Positions 54,608 to 64,000 of a DNA stretch of 64,000 nucleotides are shown here, in pieces. The position numbers and the translations under genes were made by a program. The notes under the pieces were generated by a model. It had not been told where the DNA came from, searched no databases, and was given only the letters and a program-made list of their open reading frames with translations. Numbering within the stretch: position 1 is the stretch's first letter; the number at the start of each line of letters is the position of its first letter. The DNA is from Octopus sinensis (Eukaryota): positions 27,466,001 through 27,530,000 of the forward strand of contig NC_043005.1 of the NCBI RefSeq assembly GCF_006345805.1, given 5' to 3'.

Positions 54608-55116
54608 CCGTAAATCCTCAAGTATAGTCCGCCCTTGAGTATAACACACAGGGAATTTTTAGCGGGCTGTACCTCTGAAAAATCTAAACCTTGTGTATAA
54701 TACACACCCCTTTTTAACTTGAGTCGTGCGTAATTAAGTCAGCAGCACCTAGTCGAACAAACACTTCTGTGCATGCGTAATACAATAATGGTGATGTTCT
54801 TAACTGTTATATGGGAATGTAAATTGTTTTTGTTACATGTTATTCAGTGTTCTGAATACTTTTATTTTAATAAATGTTGCTTACTGCAAGTTATGGGAGA
54901 TTCTTTTATGACTTCATTGCTTTCAGTCTTAGCTTAAGGTATTTTTGCGCCCGACATCACAAGATGCGTCTGACTAAACATTGCCGGACAGCAAATAGAG
55001 ACATGGACATTGCTTAGAAAATAGTTTTCAATTTTAACCTCGTATGTAGTATGCACTAGGGATTTTAACCGTTAAATTTTGAGAAAAAAATGCAGATTAT
55101 ACTCGAGGATTTACAG
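54608..55116. mobile_element. Tc2/pogo-like non-autonomous transposon
   Basis: TA-ccgtaaatcctcaagtatagtc / gattatactcgaggatttacag-TA. Confidence 0.85.
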
Positions 55117-55170
<54 letters not shown>

Positions 55171-55244
55171 TACACACCAACCCATGCCAGCAGGAAAAGC
55201 AGATGTTAAACAACAATGATGATGATGATATATAAATAAATATA

Positions 55245-55575
55245 TAAAGGAGAGAGACCCCTTTTGGTCATGAATGACCATGGGATTGCACCTAGAAAGT
55301 TACCCTGCAAGGCACAAGTCTGGATAAGGTTGTTTGTAGAAGGCCAGCAGTCACCCATGCATAGCAGCCTCCCCTCTCCACACCACTGATGTTATCCAAG
55401 GGAAAGGCAAAGGGGCCAATACAGCTTGGCACCAATGACCTCGCATCTCATTTCTACAGCTGACTGAACTGGAGCAACGTGAATTAAAGTGCCTTGCTCA
55501 AGAACACAATACACAGTCTGGTCCAGGAATCGAACTCACTACGTGACTATTGTCAACCCAACACTCTAACCACTG
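55245..55575 (-). mobile_element. Family-D SINE (tRNA-like head near 55575, CORE-like segment)
   Basis: Reverse complement of gctcagtggttagagtg head and ttcttgagcaaggcacttt. Confidence 0.7.
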
Positions 55576-55899
55576 AGCTATACACACACACACAACCCTT
55601 ACATGTGTATGTGTGTGCATATGTTTGCTTTTATTCTTTGCAAGATTTTGTTTTTTTTACACAATAGGGTCTGATTTGAGGGAGATTTCAGTTGTTATTT
55701 CTAGGAAGTTGTCAAATCTCATAAAAGTTCCATCTTAGCATTACTGGCATTGTGCACGTGTTTTATATAACTTTACCCAGAGTTAAACTGTAACCTTAGA
55801 GTCTAATTAGTCAAACAACAAATAAAAATTACGTCATTCTATTATTCCTGGAATTCAATAACTTAATTGTTATTAGCTTTCATAATAGATCGTTTGATA

Positions 55900-55947
55900 T
55901 ATATATATATAGATATATATATGTGTGTGCGCACGCGTGTGTATGCA

Positions 55948-55978
<31 letters not shown>

Positions 55979-56231
55979 GTATATATAATAAATTAATAAG
56001 TAAGAACGCACGCATCTATTCTTAGTAAGATTGTTCTTTATATGTATATATATATGTATACATGTGTGTGCGTATTTATATATATAAATATATACATGTG
56101 TATATATATGTATATATGCGTGTGCATATTTATATATATAAATATATACATGTGTGTATATATATATATATATATTATATATATAGATATATATATATAT
56201 ATATATAAATATATACATGTGTGTATATATA

Positions 56232-56271
<40 letters not shown>

Positions 56272-56277
56272 TATATA

Positions 56278-56320
<43 letters not shown>

Positions 56321-56395
56321 TATATATATGTATATATGCGTGTGCATATTTATATATATATATAATATATATATATATAATATATATATATATAT

Positions 56396-56427
<32 letters not shown>

Positions 56428-56650
56428 AGTATATATATATATATATATAAAGTTAATCCAAACAAGAAAACAAAAAAAACAACATATAATGTGTGTGTGT
56501 GTGTTTAAAAAAAAAAAATATATATATATATTATATATATATATTCATACATACATACATATATATATATATATAACACACATAGATATGTATATATATA
56601 TATATATATATATACATACATACATATATATACATACATACACACACATA
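55900..56650. repeat. Compound (AT)n/(GT)n microsatellite
   Basis: Low complexity; source of YI ORFs. Confidence 0.95.
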
Positions 56651-56664
56651 TGTGTGTCTCACTT

Positions 56665-57415
56665 TTATCGTTTACTTATTTCAGTCATAAGACTCTGGTC
56701 ATGCTGGAGCACCACCTCATTGAAGAACCTTTCAGTCAAATGGATCAACCCAAGTACTTATTTTTCTTTAAACCTGGTACATATTCTGTCAGTCTCTTTT
56801 GCTAAGTTATGGGGATGTAAACACACCAACACCAGTCGTCAAGCAGTTGTAATAGACAGATACAAAGACTCACACACACAAATATATGTATATATATATA
56901 TGATGGGCTTCTTTTAGTTTCCGTCTACCAAATCCACTCACAAGGCTTTGGTCAGCCAGAAATTATACCAGAAGACACTTGCTCAAGGTGCCACACAGTG
57001 GGACTGAACCTGGAATCATGTGGTTAGGAAGCAAGCTTCTTATCACTCAGCTGCACCTTGCATTGTGTTCTTCATCTGGTATAGCTCAGTCTACTCGGCT
57101 GACACAAACGAGCAATCAAGCTTCTTACTGCACAGCTGCGCTTGCACCTTAATATCGACAGCTATGTATGTTTGTGTGTGTGCACATGTCTTTGTATGTA
57201 TATATATATATTCTACTCTAGGCACAAGGCCTGAAATTTTGGGAGAGGAGGCCTATTGATTAGATCGACCCCAGTATGCAACTGGTACTTAATTTATCAA
57301 CCCTGAAAGGATGAATAGCAAAGTCAATCTCAGCAGAATTTGAACTTGGAACGTAAAGACAGATGAAATACCGCAAAGCATTTCACCCGGCGTGCTAACA
57401 TTTCTGCCAGCTCAC
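56665..57415 (-). mobile_element. Family-A SINE (56665-57050) and family-B SINE (57210-57415)
   Basis: Direct similarity to other copies, both CpG-decayed. Confidence 0.85.
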
Positions 57416-57531
57416 CTTATATATATATATATATAATGTATACACATACATGTATATACATGTGAGTGTGTGTATGTGTATATATATATATATATATATA
57501 TACATACGCATGCACGCTCATGTATAGATGC

Positions 57532-57563
<32 letters not shown>

Positions 57564-58262
57564 AAGAGAGAGAGTTAAGCAAACAGAGAGGAAAATATGT
57601 TTGAAGAAAGTTAACCAGAAGTGAGTGATGAAGCAGAACATACATTGTGTGTGTGTGTGTACGTGTGTGAGAGAGAAATAGTTACATTTGCCGTTTTTAT
57701 GTCTACAACATAGATTACATATATATGTGTGTGTGTGTGTGCGTGTATACACACAAGATGATGGTGGTGGTGGTGATGATGCTAGAAGTAATGGGGTTGA
57801 GGGCAGGATGAGGGGTGGGGGGAAATAGCTGTTGTTAAAAGTACAAAAGACATGTGTGGAAGGTGTGAACTTGTGTGTTCAAGAGTAAGTGTGACTAAGT
57901 GTGTGTGTGTGTTTGTGTGTGTGAGTGTGTACGATGTGTATGGCAAATGAGCAAGTACTTTAACAAAGTTTCCTGAAATAGTCGTCTTAGGTTTATTACA
58001 GATGGCATCTGCAGCATCTGACACACACACACACACACACGTGTGTATGTGTATGTGTGTACACATATACATATATACACATATCTGTGTGTATACGCAG
58101 ATATACATGGAAAAATAGGTATATATAAAAATAAACATACATCTATGCACCTACCATCATCATCATTTAATATGTTTTCCATGCTGGCATGGGTTGGAAA
58201 CACACACATACACACATATATGTATAATCACACACATAGACACATATGTATACAGACATAAC

Positions 58263-58303
<41 letters not shown>

Positions 58304-58759
58304 TAAAACACATACACATTTATATACAAACTAACACCAAAACACACACACATTACAATCATTTTACGTCCTCTTTCCATGATGCCATTGGTTGGACACA
58401 CGCACACACACACATATATATATGCATAATCACACATATAGATACATATGTATACAGACATAACTATATATACACACAAACACCAAAATACATACACACA
58501 CAGACATCACAATCATTTTACATCTTTCCATGCTGGCATGGGTTAGATGAGTTATTAAACACTGAGTCAGTTCTCCATAGTTATACACTAATAATTAACA
58601 CAAAAAAAAAATATAGTAAAGGAAGAACAATCTACATAATTATGGTAATTACATAAATAAACGAAACAACAAGAACGGCATATAATCTGCACATCATTAT
58701 ATCTCCAATATTACAAAAATGTTGTACAATATATATATATATATATATAATGTATAAAC

Positions 58760-58905
58760 ATGGTAAGAAACTTGCTTCCCAACAGCATGATTCTGAGTTC
58801 AGTCCCACCGCATGGCACTTTGGGCAAGTGTCTTCTACTATAGCCTCAGGCCAACCAAAGCCTTGTGAGTGGATTTGGTAGACAGAAACTGAAAGAAGCC
58901 CGTCG

Positions 58906-58936
<31 letters not shown>

Positions 58937-59105
58937 TTGTGCGTGTGTTTGTCACCCCAACCATCGCTTGACAACCAATACTGGTGTGTTTACATCCCCT
59001 TAACATAGTGGTTTGGCATAGGCTTACAAAGAATAAGTCTTGGGGTCGACTAAAGGTAGTGCTCCAGCATGGTCACAGTCAAATAACTGAAACAAAAGAA
59101 TAAAA
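58760..59105 (+). mobile_element. Family-A SINE
   Basis: Head to tail cagtcaaataactgaaacaaaag. Confidence 0.85.
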
Positions 59106-60593
59106 AAAAGGTAAATACAAAGATGAGATCCTTGCTGAGTCATGCAGATTCCTAGGACCATTTTCCTGGTTTCTATGGTGTATATATTTCCCCCTGGAAC
59201 GGAGTGCTGATCAATTGCAGGAAATACTCATTTTTGCCAGCTGAGTGGACTGGAGCAACGTGAAATGAAGTGTCTTGCTCAAGAGCACAATGCATTGCCT
59301 GACTGAGGAATTGAAACCACAATCTGACAATCACAGGTCCAACACCCTAACCACTGAGTCACGTGCCTCCAGACAAGCGAGTCAATTTGACATACAAACA
59401 TGTCAAACGTATCCATTTCTCTTGTAGACAAACAGCCTCAACTGATTTTCAGCCTTTGTTGAGGTTTCATTGGATGTCTACATCACCATGTTGGAATGTC
59501 CACCAGGAGCAATAAATGCAGAGACAGTAACTAGTGCACTCTAACCTACACTGCCTTGACCACCTCCACTGTGGCCATCCCTAGAATGTACAAGAGTAAA
59601 GAAATAGAAGAGCATTATGTGTCTGGAATTTTAAAATGTAGCTCAAACAGTGTATAAACATGTGGTCGGGTGTGGTATCTGTAGTGGTAGAGAAATTAAC
59701 TTGACAATGGAGCGAAATACAATATGTTCAGATTGTCACATCTCTACATGTTTGAAGTGTGTACTATCTGTAATAGTACAGAAATGGACAGGTCAGTAGA
59801 TGTAGGGCCACATGTCCAGGCAGTCATGATATACCTCATACATGTCATCACTACATGTGGGAGAGTTCAGTATCTGCAGTAACACAGTGAGAGAGATTAG
59901 GCAGTAGAGGAAGTGCTACATGTCAGTTAAGTCAGACATGGTATAACTGTAATGATGGATCTTTGGCTGATACCTTGTTGCTTGGACAATAATCAGCATA
60001 TCACAGGACTGTTTGATCAGGGATAATGTGGGATCGGACCAAGCAGAAAATCTGAAAACACTGTCGACCTTTCCTTTGTAAAAGTTAATATGTATGCATT
60101 TTACAAAAAAGTAGGGAGTAATCCTTTAGTTAACTGTTTTCAAATGTAAGTTTATATAAAACAAACACACACACTCAACACACCCTCACACACACCCTGA
60201 AAGTTTTGAAATTCTTATTTTTGCTTACACATCCTTTTTTTACCAGTTGTTAGTGAACTCCATGGCCTGACATGTTAACACACAATATTGGAAATGAATG
60301 ACTGCTGTATAACAGTAACACTCATTTCTAGCTATTATACGATGTCAAGGACATATATATATATATATAAAAGAAACTTGTTCAGTTTCCGTCTTCCAAA
60401 TCTACTCACAAGGCTTTGCTGAGGCTAGTAAAAAAAACACATGCCCAAGATGCCATCTGACAGAAGTGGACCTAGTATCACATTTTTGGGAAACAAAATT
60501 CTTAACCACACAACCATGCCTGGATCTTGTTTCATTTTCTTGCTTTTACGAACCAAGCCCAATATTCTGCTCTTAACCACTGAACTCCTTTAA

Positions 60594-61582
60594 CCCTTTT
60601 GTTTCCGTATTTATTTTAAGATGCCCTGTATTTCTTTCAATTAACTTTAAATATAACAAAGAATTTAGTGAAATAACTTAGTTATCATTAAGCTAGTGTT
60701 AGGAACATAAATTGTGACTTAGGTTCGGTGGAAGATTTTAATTCAGAACTTTTGAAAACAAGACATTTGTGAGCCAGGGTTGGTATCAAAAGGGTTAAGA
60801 TGGTTCCTCTATTATATATTTTAAGAATTGTTTTTCAAGTGTGTATTTTAACTGTTTTGTTACCATATTTCTGTTGAGATACTCTGTTTCTTCCAATTAA
60901 TCTTAAATATAACAAAGAATTTAGTGAAATAACTTAGTTATCATTAAGCTAGTGTTAGGAACATAAATTGTGACTTAGGTTCGGTGGAAGATTTTAATTC
61001 AGAACTTTTGAAAACAAGACATTTGTGAGCCAGGGTTGGTATCAAAAGGGTTAAGAATGGTTCCTCTATTATATATTTTAAGAATTGTTTTTCAAGTGTG
61101 TATTTTAACTGTTTTGTTACCATATTTCTGTTGAGATACTCTGTTTCTTCCAATTAATCTTAAATATAACAAAGAATTTAGTGAAATAACTTAGTTATCA
61201 TTAAGCTAGTGTTAGGAACATAAATTGTGACTTAGGTTCGGTGGAAGATTTTAATTCAGAACTTTTGAAAACAAGACATTTGTGAGCCAGGGTTGGTATC
61301 AAAAGGGTTAAGAATGGTTCCTCTATTATATATTTTAAGAATTGTTTTTCAAGTGTGTATTTTAACTGTTTTGTTACCATATTTCTGTTGAGATACTCTG
61401 TTTCTTCCAATTAATCTTAAATATAACAAAGAATTTAGTAAAATAACTTAGTTACCATTAAGCTAGTGTTAGGAACACAAATTGTGGCTAATGTTTAGTG
61501 GAAGATTTAAATTCAAAACTTATGAAAACAAAACATTTGTACAGAGCCAGAGCTGGTTTCAGGCGGGTTGGTATCGAAAGGG
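60594..61582. repeat. Tandem array of four piggyBac-like MITE copies, 256-257 bp period
   Basis: Copies 60594-60794, 60852-61050, 61109-61307, 61366-61582, each bounded by TTAA; intact ends TTAA-CCCTTT and AAAGGG-TTAA. Confidence 0.9.
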
Positions 61583-62994
61583 TTAAACACTTAGATACAA
61601 TAGCTAGAGTGTCAACCTAATTCTGCCAAAGTTGAATATGTCACCACTCAGACTTGTATGGAAAGCTTCTTTCAAGCCTATAGTCCTAATTAGCATAGAG
61701 CTTACTCCAGTTTCTGAAGTGGTAAAACAGATTTGAAAACTCTTGTGGATGGGATCAGTCCCAGCTGCTGCTACCAGTACTTATTTTCAGCTGAATGAGT
61801 GGTGTGAAGTTAAGTGCCTTGCTCAATGATACAAAGCACTGCTGGATCAAGAAATAGATACTAGTTAAATACTTGTATATCAATACAATTGACCACTATA
61901 CCCAATGCTCTGTGTCTTGGTTGAAAATAGATATTTTGATCATCTTCCTCCACCACCTCTGACTGAGTTTTGTGGTTTCTTTTAAACTATTATGACTCAA
62001 GATCATGTGTGTGTGTGTATCTATATCTATATATATATATATATATTAGAAGGTTTGGGGATATATTTATATCAGTGCACTTGGAGAGAGCTTGGCACAG
62101 AGATAGGAGAGCACATCGACACCTCATGATATAAGCATGTGAACAGCACCAGAATACACACATGTGCATATACTGTGTGTGTGAAAATAAATATTTAAGA
62201 AGAAAGGCAAAAGCAATTAGTCTATTTTTTTTTTATCAAGGAGTGCCATCTTCCAGCAGGATTAGGCAAGGCAAGCAATAATAATGATGATGATGATGAT
62301 GATAGTTTATTTTGTGTCAAAGCCCTCAACAGTTTAGGGATTGTACAAAGATGAAATACAGATTTTGTGATCAGGTAGGGTGGGAAGTGTTCTGCAGAGT
62401 AAAATAAGGGTTAAATCAACACAATCAATAGACATCAATAAAATGACAAGAAAGGATCTGTAATAGGGGGTTTTAACTATCATGTAAAGCAATTTAGGGC
62501 ATTCCACACTAAACTCTGGGTTACTTTGTTGGTGTCAGATGTTAAAGATGTTTAAGTGGCTTCTCACAGTTTCCTGTTGCTTGTTTATAGCCATCTGGTA
62601 AGCGGTTGACCCATTATTTGACCTCAGCAATCTCATTGCTCTCACTCTCTCTATAGCTTCTTTTATTAGCCACAACCCCCCCCCCACACACACACACACA
62701 CGCCACCACCACCACCACCAAACCTTGGGAGGGAATAAAAGGATGACAGAATTGAAAGCAAAAATAATAAGTAGGGGGTGGTGTTATGTTCAATAAAAGT
62801 GTCAGGGTGGGGTGAAGAGAAATTACAAGCAATAAGTAACAATGGAAAGAAAGCCCAGCAATTAAAGTTCAATTAAAGTTGATTGATGGTGGGGGTGAGG
62901 GGCAGCAGCTGGGTTTACAGACCACTGTATGTGTAACTTATTTTATTGACACAAGAAGATTGTAATAACACTAACAGTAGTAAAAATGATTGTT

Positions 62995-63230
62995 TTTATT
63001 ACAGGTACAAGGCCTGAAATTTTGGGTGGAGGGGGGGCCAGTCAATTAATTCAACTCCCCCACCACCCACCCGTGTTCAACTGGTACTTATTTCATGGAT
63101 CCCAAAAGGACAAAAGACAAAGTTGACCTCAGAATGTAAAGACCTAAGAATTTGAACTCCGAATGAAAAGATGGAGAAAAAGCTACAGAGTATTTTGTCA
63201 GGCATTCTAACAATTCTGCCAGCTTGCCAC
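62995..63230 (-). mobile_element. Heavily CpG-decayed family-B SINE
   Basis: ggtacaaggcctgaaattttggg tail, caattctgccagcttgcc head. Confidence 0.75.
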
Positions 63231-63804
63231 TTTAATATTTTCCTTATTGACCATCAAAGATTCACAAAAACATCAGGAATGTACAGGACAATACAAAGTG
63301 CAATTTCATAAAGGTGTGCCAGTCAGGTGGCACTGGCATCAGTGCTGCCTGACTGGCCTCCATGCTGATGGCACATAAAAAGCACCCACTACACTCACAG
63401 AGTGGTTGATGCTCAGAAAGGTATACAGCTGTAGAAACCTTACCAGATCAGATTGTAGCCTGGTGCCAGTCTTCAGTCAAACCGTCCAACCCATGCCATC
63501 ATGGAAAGCATACGTTAAATGATGATGATGAGTGAATAAAAATAAGAATAACAATATAAATTTCAACAAGAAACAAAGCCCCAAAAGAATGAGGGTTCTG
63601 AGGGTTACTTGTGAAAAATGAATAAGTCACACTGACTACTCAGGCAAGTATTTTTTCCCCCTGTGTCCACCTTCAATATACAAGCACATAGAGTGACCCA
63701 TACACTCTCTCACCCACCTTTCAAATTTGATGGCAAGCAGCACTTCCCCCCCTCTACTCTTTCCAAGTTAAACTGGAAAAACTTAATGATACAATTCTAT
63801 ATTT

Positions 63805-63915
63805 TTGAGATGAGGAATTATGTACATTATTTACAATGGCCATTTAAGTGCCCTCACCTTGTTTGTTACCACAAACAGCCTTCATCAGGTGTTCTGGTGG
63901 AATTTCAATCCCCAA
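63805..63915 (-). mobile_element. Family-H SINE tail remnant with deleted hammerhead 3' half
   Basis: gatgaggaattatgtacattatttaca...ttgtttgtt...agccttcatcaggtgt matches 8984-9095; reverse complement retains acac-CTGATGA-aggct only. Confidence 0.6.
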
Positions 63916-64000
63916 CCCTTTATTTGACTAATGGGGTACACTGTTCCCATTCCTAAGGTATGTTGCTGATGTTATTTTTCAGTTGATATTATTTTTTCAA

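Noticed and set aside
60944-61410. Two identical 69-aa ORFs
   Set aside because: Product of the 257-bp MITE tandem duplication; not coding-like.
60594-61582. Regularly spaced repeats as a CRISPR-like array
   Set aside because: Spacers are identical, units are about 200 bp, eukaryotic context, no cas genes.
62055-62125. YISALGESLAQR..EH as a GIY-YIG endonuclease remnant
   Set aside because: Too short and needs a frameshift; cannot be supported without a profile search.

Overview
Repeat-saturated, AT-rich animal genomic DNA, most likely Octopus (inferred from the SINE families and the density of AT/AC/AGAT microsatellites). No intact protein-coding gene can be supported; almost all listed ORFs are microsatellite or SINE translations. 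The window is a mosaic of at least five tRNA-headed SINE families, decayed LINE fragments (L1/Tx1, RTE, CR1/L2-like), non-autonomous DNA transposons (Tc1/mariner, Tc2/pogo-like, hAT, piggyBac-like) and simple repeats. Best leads: (1) a tRNA-headed SINE whose tail carries a minimal Penelope-type hammerhead ribozyme motif, including a head-to-head twin bracketed by one apparent target-site duplication; (2) a second minimal hammerhead family with a variant core; (3) a 13-bp motif TGCACCGAWTRAC found four times in unique CpG-rich islands as two inverted pairs; (4) a 257-bp tandem array of chimeric piggyBac-like MITEs with a mappable crossover; (5) a drop in CpG content after about 35 kb, beside a CCAAT-containing element. 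SINE and LINE boundaries are approximate; family names come from recognition, not a database search.
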